The notes under the pieces: generated by a model | Told to the model about the DNA's origin: nothing | Database searches by the model: none | The model's input: only the letters and a program-made list of their open reading frames with translations | Origin: Armatimonadota bacterium | GTDB taxonomy: Bacteria; Armatimonadota; SYMT01 | Reading direction: 5' to 3' | DNA: 64,000 nucleotides | Assembly (NCBI GenBank): GCA_046292385.1 | Contig: JBKBRF010000003.1 | Coordinates: forward strand, 32,001 to 96,000 | Translations under genes and position numbers: made by a program | In this document: positions 49,034 to 60,000 of the stretch, one piece after another | How positions within the stretch are numbered: the first letter of the stretch is position 1 | Layout of the letters: each line of letters starts with the position of its first letter

Positions 49034-49477
49034 TCCCTGCTCCTCATGCGGTCATCCGCGCGGCCTGCCGCCGCCCGCATCAGCGTATCGTCTTCCCTCC
49101 CCGGGCGTGCACTCGTCTTGGGTCGGTTCCAGCCCCGCGTCTACATGAATATTTAATTCTCCTGGTGCCTGATGAGGCACGATTCTTGCACGGTTGTCTA
49201 AAGGACAGAGTAGGGCCATCGGGAGTCCACGCGCTCTCATCCCACGGATGGAGTCTGCGAAGCGAACAAATCAACCGACCGGTCGGCAGGGCACTGCGCC
49301 GCGAGAGAAGAACGGAAAAGCGAAAGTGCAAACCATGGGCGTGCGGAATCAATAAGGAGTTCGTCCACTGTGATAAACCACTGCAACCTTTGGCGCCTGC
49401 ATGAGGACGCCATGACGCGGGATAGCCATGGCTTCGTATGGACGGAAGAGCACACGTTATCGGAGGCAGACGGGCGC

Positions 49478-50065
49478 ATGGACCACGCATCGACGCTCGA
49501 GTTCGCCGGCCGGGCAAACCGCCTGCGGCACGCGGCGCTGCACGTCGGCGTCCGCGCCGGTGCCCTCCGGAAGCAGGCTCGGGAGCTGTGCCGCGAGACC
49601 GCTCAGCGCCGGCGCAGCTCGGAGGCGGAACGGGAGCCCGCTCCCGAGATCACGGCCCCGGACCGTTGGGAGGAGACCGTCTCCCCGGAGTCTCACTCCG
49701 ATCTGCGTCCGGTAGTGATGTTCTGCTGCTCGGGGCTGACCCGGCTGCGGCTGCAGCGGTGTCTCACCGGTTTCGGCTACCGGCCGGTGAGCGTCTCGCC
49801 GGATCCTGCGCAGCTCCTCCGCCTGGCGCCGACTCTGGCGCCGGACGTGCTGCTGATCGACCTTTCCGCCCTCGGCGACCAGGCGCCGGCCCAGCTCCGC
49901 AGCCTGCGAGAGGCCTGGCCCGCTGCCGTGGTGCTCGCCATCGTTAACTCCACGGCGCAGGCGCGCATCGCCCGGGAGGCCGGGGTGAGCGCGGTCTTGG
50001 AGAAGCCGTTCACCGACGACCAGCTCCACGCGCTCCTGGGCCAATTCATCAACTCCGCACCCTGA
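49478..50065 (+). CDS. atypical response-regulator receiver domain protein
   Basis: PDVLLIDL, AREAGVSAVLEKPF; start uncertain (ORF from 49370; GGAGG precedes ATG 49478). Confidence 0.7.
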   Translation: MDHASTLEFAGRANRLRHAALHVGVRAGALRKQARELCRETAQRRRSSEAEREPAPEITAPDRWEETVSPESHSDLRPVVMFCCSGLTRLRLQRCLTGFGYRPVSVSPDPAQLLRLAPTLAPDVLLIDLSALGDQAPAQLRSLREAWPAAVVLAIVNSTAQARIAREAGVSAVLEKPFTDDQLHALLGQFINSAP

Positions 50066-50335
50066 CCCCCGCAGAGGAGCCGCCTGCTGAGACGCACCTG
50101 GCGACCGGGCCGATGCTCGCTCGTCGGGCGCGGAAACATCCCCTGTGCCGCCGCGTGTGAGCCGTGGCAGGGGCGGGAAGGCTGATGGTACTCCGCGCTG
50201 CCCCGCCGCCCACCCCGGACGGCGCTGCGTCGGAAGTGCGCGTCTCACCAGGCGCCGGGACTGCCAAGCGGCCTTCTGCGGAGGGGCAGAGGTCCGTCCC
50301 CCAGCCGCCGGCTTTGTTCACCAGGAGCGGAGCCC

Positions 50336-53300
50336 ATGTGGATCTCATCTTTGGCTGCGGAGGCGGTGCGCCGCGGCGCCTCGCGTCTGCTCTGCGGCGG
50401 CCTGCTGATCGCCGCCCCGCTGGCCGCCGCGGGCTCCGCGGCGCAGACTTCCGGTGCTGCCGGCGCCCCGGCGCCGCGGCCGTCGCTCGAGACGCCGCCG
50501 GTAGCGTTTGAGCGGAACCGCGGCCAGACCGATCCGGAGGCACGCTTCGTCGCGCGGGGGAGCGGCCACACGCTTTACCTGACCCCGCGCGAGGCGGTGC
50601 TGCAGCTTCGCGCCGGGCCGCCGCGGCGAGAGGCCCCCAGCGCGGCTCCGCGGCCGTTCAGCAAGGTGGAGACGGCGACGCTCCGCTTCTCCCTGGCGGG
50701 TGGGGCCCGGAGCCCCCGTCTGACGGGAGTGGAGCCTCTTCCCGGGACAGTGCGATACGTCCGCCGGGGAGAGGCGGCGCCGATTACCGCGGAGACCTTC
50801 GCGGGGGTGCAGTACGAGGAGGTCTATCCGGGGATCGACCTCCACTACTACGCCGCGGCGCGGCAGGTAGAGTACGACTTCGTGGTCGCTCCGGGCGCCG
50901 ATCCCCGGCGGATCCAGTGGAGGATCGAGGGAGCGCGGTCAGCCTCTCTCGAGCGGGGCGACCTGCTCCTGCGGACCGCCGCGGGCACCCTGCGCCACAC
51001 CCGGCCCGTCGCCTACCAGGAGATCGCAGGCGCCCCGAGGCCGATCCGCTGCGACTACACCCTTACTTCCTCTCGGCCGGGAGAGACACGGGTCTCGTTC
51101 CGCGTGGGGGAGTACGACCGCTCCCGTCCCCTCGTGATCGACCCGGTCGTCATCTTCGCCACCCCGTTCGGCGGCACCGGTCAGGATACGGTCAACGGCG
51201 TGGCGGTGGACCGGACCGGCGCGAGCTACTTGACCGGGCAGACCGCGTCGCTCGACTTCCCGACGCGGAACCCGATCCAGGCGGAGAAGAGCGGCGTGTT
51301 CGGCCTCTTTGACGCCTTCGTGACGAAGATCAATCCGACCGGCACCAGCTTGGTCTACTCCACCTACTTCGGCGGCACGTCGGACGACAGCGGACAGAAG
51401 ATCGAGGTCGATGCCGCGGGGGCCGCCTACGTGGTCGGCACCACCACGTCGAACGACTTTCCGGTGACGCCGCGGGTGGCCGACCGCAGCTACAACGGGC
51501 TGGAGGACGTCTTCGTGCTGAAGCTCGACCCGACGGGAACGGACGTGGAGTACTCCACCTACCTGGGCGGCTCCCGCAGCGACGTCGGGCTCGGGATCGC
51601 CGTCGATGCAAACGGGTTGGCTCACGTGGTCGGCTCCACCGAATCGCTCAACTTCCCGATCGGTGGGCGCTCCTTCGACCGCTCTCAGAACGGCCTGTCG
51701 GACGCGTTCCTGGTCCGGTTGAGCGCCGATGGGCGGACGGTGGATCTCGGCACCTTCCTGGGCGGCGACGGGTTCGACGTCGCCCGGGGGGTTGCGCTCG
51801 ACGCCGACGGCGCGATCTACCTGGCCGGCGGCACCGACTCGTTGAACTTCCCCACCACCTCCGGCGCGTTCGACCGCACCCGCGGTGGGATCCGGGATGC
51901 GTTCGCGGCGAAGCTGTCCCGCGGCGGCGGCTCGCTGGTGTACAGCACCTTCGTCGGCGGGTCGGCGAACGACGAGGCGTATGACGTGGCGGTGACCCCG
52001 GCCGGGGTGGCATGCCTGACGGGGGAGACCCGCTCGCTCGATTTCCCCACCACCTCGGGCGGCTTCGACCGGACCGGCAACTTCCCCACGCGGGATGCGT
52101 TCGTGGCCTGCCTCGCCCGCAATGGGGCCAGCCTGACTTACGGCACCTACCTCGGCGGCGTGGGCGACGACGTGGGGACGGGCATCGACCTCGACCCCGC
52201 GGGCCGGCTCTACGTGGCCGGGTTCACCGCGTCGGTCGACTTCCCGCTGAGAGAGCCGGTCGACGTGGAGAACGGCGGTCTCTACGATGCCTTCGCCGCG
52301 AGCTTCGCTCCCGGCGCCACGGGAACCGCCTCACTCCTCTATTCCACCTACTTCGGCGGCAGCGCCGACGACGCTGCGTTCGACGTGGCGGTCGACGAGA
52401 ACGGCAGCGCCTACCTCGCCGGCGAGACCTTTTCCTTCGACTTCCCGCGCGTCGAGCCGCTGCAGTCCGCTCTGCGGGGGGTTCGCGACGGGTTCCTGGT
52501 CAAGTTGGCGATCCTGCCGGGTCTCTCCGCGCCGAGAGACCTGACGGCGACGGCGGTTTCGGCTACGGAGGTCGAGCTCAACTGGGTCGACCAGAGCGCC
52601 GGGGAGAGCGGCTTCGAGATCGAGCGGCGCACGGAGACGACCGGCTTCACCCGGATTGCCACCACGGCCGCCAACGTGGAGCGCTTCCGGGACACCGGGC
52701 TGACGCCGGGTGTCCGCTACACCTACCGGGTGCGGGCGGTGGGACTGCGCGCCACCTCCGCCTACTCGAACGAGGCGTCCGTCGAGACCGCGTCCGGACC
52801 GCCCTCCGCGCCGGATCAGCTCCAGGCGGAGGCGGTGTCCAGCACCTCGATTTCGCTCACCTGGCGGGACACCAGCGCCAACGAGAGCGGCTTCCGGATC
52901 GAGCGGAAGACCGGGAACGGGAGCTTCACCCAGGTGGCGACGGTCGACGCGAACGTCACTTCCTACCTCGACACCGGGCTGTCGCCTGGCACGCGGTACA
53001 CGTACCGGGTGCGCGCGGTGAACGCGGCCGGAAGCTCGGCCTTCTCCAACGAGGCCTCCGCCACCACGTCGTCCGCGCCTCCGCCCGCCCCGGACCGGCT
53101 CGCCGCGAGGGCGCTCAGCAGCCGGAGGGTCGAGCTGACCTGGCGGGACCGCAGCACCAACGAGGAGAGCTTCGAGGTGGAGCGCCGGCTGGAGAACGGC
53201 ACGTTCCAGCGGGTCGCCGTGCTGCCCCCGAACACCACGCGCTACGAGGACCAGGGGCTGGAGCCGGAGACGGTCTACTTCTACCGGGTGCGCGCGGTGA

Positions 53301-54517
53301 ACGCGGGTGGGCCCTCGGCCTACACGGATGAGGTCCGCGTGGAGACCCTGTCGCCTCCGCCGCCGCCGGCGGCGCCGGAGGGGCTTGCCGCCGCGCCCCA
53401 GGGCTTCTTCCAGATCAACCTGCAGTGGCTGGACCGCAGCACCAACGAAGAGCAGTTCGAGATCGAGCGGCGCACGGCCGGCGGAGCGTTCGCGCGAGTG
53501 GCCACGGTGCCGGCGAACACCACGACCTTCGCCGACACGATGCTCCAGCCGGGCACCCTCTACTTCTACCGGGTGCGGGCGGTCAATGAGGGCGGAGAGT
53601 CGGCCTACTCCAACGTGGCGCAGGCTTCCACTGCCCCGCTGCCCCCGCCGCCCGCCGCGCCGGCCGGGCTGGATTGCGAGGTGCCTTCCACCTCGCAGGT
53701 CCGCCTCACCTGGCAGGACCGCAGCAACAACGAGGAGCGCTTCGTGATCCAGCGCCGGACCGGCACCGGAGCGTTCCAGCAGGTGGGGCAGGTCGCCGCC
53801 AACACCACCAGCTTCACCGACAGCGGGCTGGAGCCGAACACCCGGTACTTCTACCGGGTGGCGGCGGAGAACGCGGGCGGCACCTCCGCCTTCTCGGAGG
53901 TATGCGAGGCGCTGACGCTGCCTGCGGCCGCGACCAACCTGACCGGCGCCGCGCAGGGTCCGGACCGGATCGCGCTGATCTGGGTCGACAACAACCCCGG
54001 CAACGTGGCCTACCGGGTGGAGCGGTCGGAGGACGGCGGTGCCACCTTCCGCGTGGTCGGGGAGACCGCGCCGGGAGCGGTGACGTTCGAAGACACCGGG
54101 CTCCAGGAGGGGACCACCTACCGCTACCGGGTGCAGGCGGTGAACGCCTCCGGCACCTCCGGCTACTCCAACATCGTCTCGATCGCCACCCTGCCGCCGG
54201 CCGGCGGGAGCCTGCGGGTGGCCACACGGGTCAACTTCGGTCGCGTGCGGGTGGGGCGGAGCAAGACGGTTCGGCTGCTGGTGCGCAACGTCAGCCGCAG
54301 CGAGAGCCTTTCGATCTCGACGGAGCTGGAGGAGGGACCGTTCTCCGTGCTGGACGGCGGCACCGCGACGATCCCCCCGAACGGGCGCCACCGGATCACG
54401 CTCGTCTTCCGGCCGCAGACCCGCGGTCGCCAGCAGCGGACCCTCCTGCTCCGGAGCTCCGATCCGTCGCGCGCGGAGACCGCCGTCCGGCTTCGCGGGA
54501 ACGGCGTAAGACGCTGA
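50336..54517 (+). CDS. large surface protein: 7 SBBP propeller repeats + 6 fibronectin III repeats + C-terminal Ig-like (ASH-type) domain
   Basis: FERNRGQ, VYPGIDL, YSTY(F/L)GG..D repeats, WxDxSxNExxFxIER...YxYRVRA repeats. Confidence 0.92.
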   Translation: MWISSLAAEAVRRGASRLLCGGLLIAAPLAAAGSAAQTSGAAGAPAPRPSLETPPVAFERNRGQTDPEARFVARGSGHTLYLTPREAVLQLRAGPPRREAPSAAPRPFSKVETATLRFSLAGGARSPRLTGVEPLPGTVRYVRRGEAAPITAETFAGVQYEEVYPGIDLHYYAAARQVEYDFVVAPGADPRRIQWRIEGARSASLERGDLLLRTAAGTLRHTRPVAYQEIAGAPRPIRCDYTLTSSRPGETRVSFRVGEYDRSRPLVIDPVVIFATPFGGTGQDTVNGVAVDRTGASYLTGQTASLDFPTRNPIQAEKSGVFGLFDAFVTKINPTGTSLVYSTYFGGTSDDSGQKIEVDAAGAAYVVGTTTSNDFPVTPRVADRSYNGLEDVFVLKLDPTGTDVEYSTYLGGSRSDVGLGIAVDANGLAHVVGSTESLNFPIGGRSFDRSQNGLSDAFLVRLSADGRTVDLGTFLGGDGFDVARGVALDADGAIYLAGGTDSLNFPTTSGAFDRTRGGIRDAFAAKLSRGGGSLVYSTFVGGSANDEAYDVAVTPAGVACLTGETRSLDFPTTSGGFDRTGNFPTRDAFVACLARNGASLTYGTYLGGVGDDVGTGIDLDPAGRLYVAGFTASVDFPLREPVDVENGGLYDAFAASFAPGATGTASLLYSTYFGGSADDAAFDVAVDENGSAYLAGETFSFDFPRVEPLQSALRGVRDGFLVKLAILPGLSAPRDLTATAVSATEVELNWVDQSAGESGFEIERRTETTGFTRIATTAANVERFRDTGLTPGVRYTYRVRAVGLRATSAYSNEASVETASGPPSAPDQLQAEAVSSTSISLTWRDTSANESGFRIERKTGNGSFTQVATVDANVTSYLDTGLSPGTRYTYRVRAVNAAGSSAFSNEASATTSSAPPPAPDRLAARALSSRRVELTWRDRSTNEESFEVERRLENGTFQRVAVLPPNTTRYEDQGLEPETVYFYRVRAVNAGGPSAYTDEVRVETLSPPPPPAAPEGLAAAPQGFFQINLQWLDRSTNEEQFEIERRTAGGAFARVATVPANTTTFADTMLQPGTLYFYRVRAVNEGGESAYSNVAQASTAPLPPPPAAPAGLDCEVPSTSQVRLTWQDRSNNEERFVIQRRTGTGAFQQVGQVAANTTSFTDSGLEPNTRYFYRVAAENAGGTSAFSEVCEALTLPAAATNLTGAAQGPDRIALIWVDNNPGNVAYRVERSEDGGATFRVVGETAPGAVTFEDTGLQEGTTYRYRVQAVNASGTSGYSNIVSIATLPPAGGSLRVATRVNFGRVRVGRSKTVRLLVRNVSRSESLSISTELEEGPFSVLDGGTATIPPNGRHRITLVFRPQTRGRQQRTLLLRSSDPSRAETAVRLRGNGVRR

Positions 54518-54989
54518 GTTCTGGAATTCTTTTGGAGACGCGTTATGAAGAAAATAGGGTGTCAAGGGGTCCGTGTCCGGTAAGTCTGGGCCTGTGCCGC
54601 GACCCGGTGAGTGGTCCGGAGCTCTCGCAGCCCGGAGGACCCCTCCCTCCCATGCGAGACCGTACTCCATGCGGAGCAACCGTACGGGGGCGGCGATCTC
54701 GGTACCCCGCCCGGGGCTGCCGCGGCACACTGCCGGCGGGCAGGTACGACTTCCGGAAGCCGAAAGAGCGGCGGCTAGGAGGAAGCGTGCTTGCCCGCCG
54801 GATGCGCGCGTACCACGGGTCCGGTGCCCCCGCTTTCGTCCGCAGACTTTCCGCACCGCTTGCAAGCTTAGACCGGGTATGCTTAGCATGGAAGCCTACT
54901 AGTGGCCTCTCTCCAGCCGAGCTCTGCACGATGGTAGTACGGGTCCCGGCGCCCGTGCCTGCCGGCGAAAGGCACAGGCCAGGGACCAG

Positions 54990-56672
54990 ATGAGATTTCA
55001 GCCCGAGGAGCTACTGGAGAGCATCAGCGAGGCTTTCTACGCGCTGGACTCCGAGGGGCGATTCACCTACGTCAACGGCCAGGCCGCGGAGCTGTGGCAG
55101 TGCTCCCCCGCCGACCTCCTGGGGAAGAGCATTCATGACGTGTTTCCGTCGCTCCGGGATTCCGAGGTGTATCAGGCCTACCAGGAAGCGCTGCAGGGTG
55201 GCGAGCCGGTCTCCCGGGAGTGCCCGTCCCCCACGCGGAAGGGCTGGATTGCGCTGACCGTCCGGCCGCACGCGGAAGGGCTGATGGTCTTCTTCCGGGA
55301 CATCGCCGGGCCTCGCCAGATGGCCGCGGACCTGCAGGAGCACGTGGAGCGGCTGAAGCAGCTGAACTCGCTCTGCCGGGAAGGCGTGATCGTCCACAAC
55401 GACCACCAGGTCCTCGACGTGAACGAGAGCTTCCTGCGGATGCTCGGCTTCAGCTACGAGGAGGCGCTGGGGCTCCGGGACCTTGGCTTCGTAGCGCCCG
55501 AGTGCCGGCAGGAGGTGGCGGAGCGGGTGCGGACCGACTTCGAGGGAGCCTACGAGACGATCGCCGTGCGCAAGGATGGCAGCCGTATCCCGGTGGAGGT
55601 GCACAGCCGGCGCTGCGTCTTCCACGGCGAGCCGGCGCGGGTAACGACCCTCTGGAATCTCTCCACCGTCCGCCAGGCGGAACAGGAGCGGCTGCGGCTG
55701 ATGGCACAGCTCGAGGCGGTGCTGGAGCAGCTTCCCGCGGGAGTGATCATCACCGATCCGGTGGGCGGCATCCTGCGGGCCAACGAATTCGCCCTCCGCC
55801 TCTTCGGGGCCGAGTTCCGGTATTCCCGCTCCGTGGAAGAGTACGAGGAGTGGCACCCCCACCGGGCGGACGGCACCCCCTATCGCCCGGAGGAAGTGCC
55901 GATCGCCCGCGCGCTCCGGACCGGTGAGATCGTCGCCGGCGAGGAGATGCGGATCCCACTCGCCGACGGCTCCTGGCGGCACCTGAGCATCAACGCCGCC
56001 CCGATCCGGGATGCCAGGGGGGAGATCGTGGCGGGCGTGATCACCATCGACGACCTTTCCGAGCGCAAGCACGCGGAGCAGTTGGAGCTGGCGATCCGGG
56101 AAGCGCACCACCGGATCAAGAACAACCTGCAGGCGATTACCGACCTGCTCTCCCTGGAGCTCTTCTCCGCCCGCACGCGGGAAGTCGCCGACCCGCTGCG
56201 AGAGAGCATGGAGCGCGTGCAGGCGATTGCAGTGGTCCACGACCTCCTCTCCCGGGAGAACGTGGAGATGGTGAACGTCCCGCAGCTCGCGGAGAAGCTG
56301 ATCCGGTCGCTCGTGCCGACCAATCTGCCCGGCGGGCCGGTGGAGGTGCTCATCGAGATTCCGCCGCTGGAGCTCCCCTCCCGCCAGGCGACGGCGCTGG
56401 CGCTGATCCTGAACGAGCTCCTGAGCAACGCCTTCAAGTACGCGCTCTCCGGCGGGCGGCGAGAGCTCGTCGTCCGGCTCACCGTCACGCGCGAGGAGAT
56501 CTGCCTGATGGTCCGCGACTACGGCCCGGGCCTGCCGCCCGGCTTCGACCTGGAGCGCCACGCCGACGTGGGGCTCCAGATGGTCCAGGGGTTGACGGAG
56601 AGCAACCTGGGCGGGACCCTGGCTCTCCAGAGTCGCGACGGGCTCATCGCAGAAGTCCGCTTTCCCCGCTGA
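54990..56672 (+). CDS. cytoplasmic 3xPAS sensor histidine kinase, HisKA_2 family
   Basis: EAHHRIKNNLQ, LILNELLSNAFKY, DYGPGLP; three PAS domains; no TM. Confidence 0.93.
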   Translation: MRFQPEELLESISEAFYALDSEGRFTYVNGQAAELWQCSPADLLGKSIHDVFPSLRDSEVYQAYQEALQGGEPVSRECPSPTRKGWIALTVRPHAEGLMVFFRDIAGPRQMAADLQEHVERLKQLNSLCREGVIVHNDHQVLDVNESFLRMLGFSYEEALGLRDLGFVAPECRQEVAERVRTDFEGAYETIAVRKDGSRIPVEVHSRRCVFHGEPARVTTLWNLSTVRQAEQERLRLMAQLEAVLEQLPAGVIITDPVGGILRANEFALRLFGAEFRYSRSVEEYEEWHPHRADGTPYRPEEVPIARALRTGEIVAGEEMRIPLADGSWRHLSINAAPIRDARGEIVAGVITIDDLSERKHAEQLELAIREAHHRIKNNLQAITDLLSLELFSARTREVADPLRESMERVQAIAVVHDLLSRENVEMVNVPQLAEKLIRSLVPTNLPGGPVEVLIEIPPLELPSRQATALALILNELLSNAFKYALSGGRRELVVRLTVTREEICLMVRDYGPGLPPGFDLERHADVGLQMVQGLTESNLGGTLALQSRDGLIAEVRFPR

Positions 56673-56781
56673 AGGGCTAGGGTGGGCGCCTTGAAGACCG
56701 CCTCCGGCCGGCCGGACGCAGAAAACGCACGGAGCGATGCCCCGTGCGCCTCACGCGTCTCCCGTTTCCTCTGGGGGGTGG

Positions 56782-56976
56782 TCAGTCGGTAAACTCCCCA
56801 CCTTCCCGCGCCCGCTGGCGGATCAGCGCCCGCAGCAAGATCCCCAGCTCATACTCGCTCAGCCCCAGCGCGTGCCCTGCGGCCTCGGTCCGGGTCTGCC
56901 CCCTCAGGACCTCTTCCAGCAGCGGCTCCAGGTGTCCTGGCACTCGCAGGTCCGCCCGTCCTTCTTCCCCCGTCAT
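56782..56976 (-). CDS. small hypothetical protein (possible HTH)
   Basis: MTGEEG... after AGGTG; RTEAAGHALGLSEYELG. Confidence 0.5.
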   Translation of the reverse strand: MTGEEGRADLRVPGHLEPLLEEVLRGQTRTEAAGHALGLSEYELGILLRALIRQRAREGGEFTD

Positions 56977-57406
56977 CCCGTCACCTACCGTTTCTGAAGG
57001 GTGGTAGAGGCAAGCCAGCGCCCACCGCGCTTCCTTCAGACACCGCGGGCGCGGGTCGCTGCCCGCGCCACCTTGCTTTGTTTCTTCTCGCCGCTGCGAA
57101 AGCAGCATACGGCGAATTGTGCCCGCTACCCGGCCGGCCCAAACGCGTCAGGATTCCCGCCGAGGCCGCGGGAAGCCGGCGGCCTGCGAACGGATGGGAG
57201 CAACATTCCGCCTAGCGGCGTGCGTCCTCAGAATTCCCGGCTTTCACCATCTCGCGCGGGTAGTTCCACGGTTTTCTGCACAACACCGTCGCTCCGAGGA
57301 AGGGAGGACGCACCGCGCCTCGAATGTAAATCGTACTATTCTAATGGGCTCTCTTGTTTAGACGTACACATAACTCGCAGCCGCTGGGTATCGAAGTAAC
57401 TGTCCC

Positions 57407-59215
57407 ATGCGTCGCCACGATGCGATCTCTGCCTCCGGCACTTCCGCGGGACTCTCTCTCCTCGTCCTGCGGGTCACGCGCTCGCTCCGAGCGCTCTGCT
57501 CCCACGCGTCAGTCGCCCTAGCGGCGCTGACGGCCGCGTCTGCAGGCTGCACGCCGGCCACCCCACCCTCGGCCCTCCAGCCGGTCCGTCTCGTCGAGCC
57601 CGTGCCACCCGCGTCGATCCGGTTCGAACGGATCACCGCCGCCGCGGGTCTACAGTTCCGGCACGAAGACGGCGGCACGGGGCAGAAGTACTTCGTGGAG
57701 GTGATGGGACCGGGCTGCGCGCTGTTCGATTACGATGGTGACGGCTGGCTGGATGCGTATCTGGTGAACGGCGGGGTTCTCCCCGGATTCAAAGGCGGCC
57801 GCCCGAAGAACCGCCTCTACCGGAACAACCAGGACGGCACCTTTTCCGAGGTGACCGCCAGGGCAGGAGTGGAGGGGACCGGATACGGCATCGGCTGCTG
57901 CGCCGGTGATTACGACAACGACGGACACACCGATCTCTACGTCACCCAGTTCGGCGCGGCGAACGTGCTCTACCGGAACAACGGGGACGGGACCTTTACG
58001 GACGTGACGCGGCCGGCCGGCGTCACGGCGGGCGGGTTCAGCAGCGGTGCGGCGTTCGGAGACTACGACGCGGACGGCGACCTCGATCTGTACGTGGCGC
58101 GGTACGTGGAGTACGACCCTCTGACCAGCCCTCGCTGTTCCGGCCGTCTCGACGGCCAGCCGCAGCCGATTTACTGTATGCCGACTGCCTACGAAGGCGC
58201 CTCCGGCATTCTCTACCGCAACGAGGGAGACGGCCGTTTTCACGACGTGACGAAAGCGGCCGGGATGGCCGTCAGCCCCGGCCGCAGCCTCGGCTGCCGC
58301 TGGGTCGACCTGGACGCGGACGGCGCGCTCGATCTCTACGTTGCCAACGACATGTCGGAGAACTTCCTCTTCCGGAACCTCGGCGGCGGGAAGTTCCGGG
58401 AGACCGCCTTCGAGGCCGGCGCCGCCGTCAGCAGCTCCGGGCGGTCCCAGGCCGGGATGGGGGTCGCGGCCGGCGACTGCGACGGAGACGGCCGCTTCGA
58501 CCTCTTCGTCACCAACTTTACCGGGGAGTACACGGCCCTGTACCACAACGACGGCGCCGGCTTCTTCCAGGAGACTTCCGCCACGGCCGGACTGATCGAG
58601 CCGACCCGCTCCGGCACCGGCTTCGGAGTGGCGCTAGAGGATCTGGATCTCGACGGCTGGCCGGATCTCTTCATCGTCAACGGGCACGTGACGGAAGACG
58701 TGGAGCGGTTCTACACCGGCGTTAGCCTGGCCCAGCCCAACGTGGTGCTCCGGAACCGGCAAGGAGCCGGGTTCGAGCCGGTGGCAGATCCCGGTCCGGA
58801 AGTCCTGACCCCACGCGTGCACCGAGGGCTGGCAGTGGGGGACATCGACAACGACGGCCGGATCGACGCGCTCGTCAGCAACTGGCGCGGCGAGCCGGAT
58901 CTCTTTCGGAACACCGGCGAGCTTCCGCACCACTACCTCACCCTGAAGCTGCGCGGAACCCGCTCCAACCGCGATGCGATTGGAGCACGGGTCACGGTCA
59001 CCGCGGGAGGGCGAGAGCAGGTGCGGGAGGTGGCGAGCGGGGGCAGCTACTGCTCTCAGGGTGACTTCCGCCTGACGTTCGGTCTCGGTTTGCACGAAAC
59101 GGCGGACCGGGTGGTGGTCCGCTGGCCGAATGGCCGCACGGAGGCACGCACCCGTCTGCAGGGCGATCGGATCGTTACCTGGACGGAGGGCGAGGCCGAG
59201 GAGGTACGCCAGTGA
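57407..59215 (+). CDS. CRTAC1 / FG-GAP + ASPIC-UnbV protein
   Basis: Repeated DYDNDG..DLYV, LYRNNGDGTF; SNRDAIGARV, GGSYCSQ, VRWPNG. Confidence 0.93.
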   Translation: MRRHDAISASGTSAGLSLLVLRVTRSLRALCSHASVALAALTAASAGCTPATPPSALQPVRLVEPVPPASIRFERITAAAGLQFRHEDGGTGQKYFVEVMGPGCALFDYDGDGWLDAYLVNGGVLPGFKGGRPKNRLYRNNQDGTFSEVTARAGVEGTGYGIGCCAGDYDNDGHTDLYVTQFGAANVLYRNNGDGTFTDVTRPAGVTAGGFSSGAAFGDYDADGDLDLYVARYVEYDPLTSPRCSGRLDGQPQPIYCMPTAYEGASGILYRNEGDGRFHDVTKAAGMAVSPGRSLGCRWVDLDADGALDLYVANDMSENFLFRNLGGGKFRETAFEAGAAVSSSGRSQAGMGVAAGDCDGDGRFDLFVTNFTGEYTALYHNDGAGFFQETSATAGLIEPTRSGTGFGVALEDLDLDGWPDLFIVNGHVTEDVERFYTGVSLAQPNVVLRNRQGAGFEPVADPGPEVLTPRVHRGLAVGDIDNDGRIDALVSNWRGEPDLFRNTGELPHHYLTLKLRGTRSNRDAIGARVTVTAGGREQVREVASGGSYCSQGDFRLTFGLGLHETADRVVVRWPNGRTEARTRLQGDRIVTWTEGEAEEVRQ

Positions 59216-59880
59216 TGCTGCGGAGAGTACGACCGGAAATGTGGCTCCTGGGAATTCTGGTAGTGATCGGGAGCGTCTTGGGCGGCGACATCCTGCTGCG
59301 GACGATGCCGCGCGCCCCCGCGAGCCCGGCGGGTCTGGTCGAGGCGACGGGCGCCGCGGCACGGTCGGGTCAGGCCGGCGTCCCGGAGATCACCAGGCCA
59401 GTGGGCAAGGGACTTCCGATCGGCTCGCTTGCCCCCGATTTTGAGCTGCCGGACCTGCAGGGTAAGGCGCATCATCTTTCGGAATTCCGGGGCAAGCCGG
59501 TGTTGATGGCATTCTACTGCGGCTGCGCCCGCTGCAATATGCTCGCGCAGATCCTGAGCACGGTGCTGGAAGAGATTCCGGGTGAGAAGCCGCACAACTT
59601 GGTCGTGACCTCCATCGATCCGGCCGCGCTGCCGCGCTGGTCGGAGAACGCCGGATTCGATGGCACGTTCCTGCTGGAGAAGCGGAACGGTTCGGTGGCG
59701 ACCCAATACGACGGCGAGGCGTGCCCGCGGGTCTACGTGCTCGACAAAGAGCTGCGGGTCCGGCATGTCACCCCCTCACCCGAGCTCGAGGCGGGCGCAC
59801 AGATGATCCTGAACCCGCTGGCGAAGGCGCTCGGCTCCAAATGGAGGGTCAAAGGCCAGGCTCCCGGCGCGCCGGTGTGA
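59212..59880 (+). CDS. membrane-anchored redoxin (AhpC/TSA-like) domain protein
   Basis: GSLAPDFELPDLQGK..LSEFRGKPV, FYCGCARC. Confidence 0.85.
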   Translation: MMLRRVRPEMWLLGILVVIGSVLGGDILLRTMPRAPASPAGLVEATGAAARSGQAGVPEITRPVGKGLPIGSLAPDFELPDLQGKAHHLSEFRGKPVLMAFYCGCARCNMLAQILSTVLEEIPGEKPHNLVVTSIDPAALPRWSENAGFDGTFLLEKRNGSVATQYDGEACPRVYVLDKELRVRHVTPSPELEAGAQMILNPLAKALGSKWRVKGQAPGAPV

Positions 59881-60000
59881 CCGGGGGTGCCGCTTGAAGT
59901 GCGGGCAGGGACGCGGACCCGGCGGGTGGACCCGGGGCAAGCGGCTGATGCGCTCGCCCCGGCTTCGGCAGAGGGTCTCTCGGCAGCAGCACGTGGGCCG

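Noticed and set aside
49165..49200. CTGATGAG hammerhead core
   Set aside because: No stem II followed by GAAA; it is a simple GTGCCT/AGGCAC hairpin
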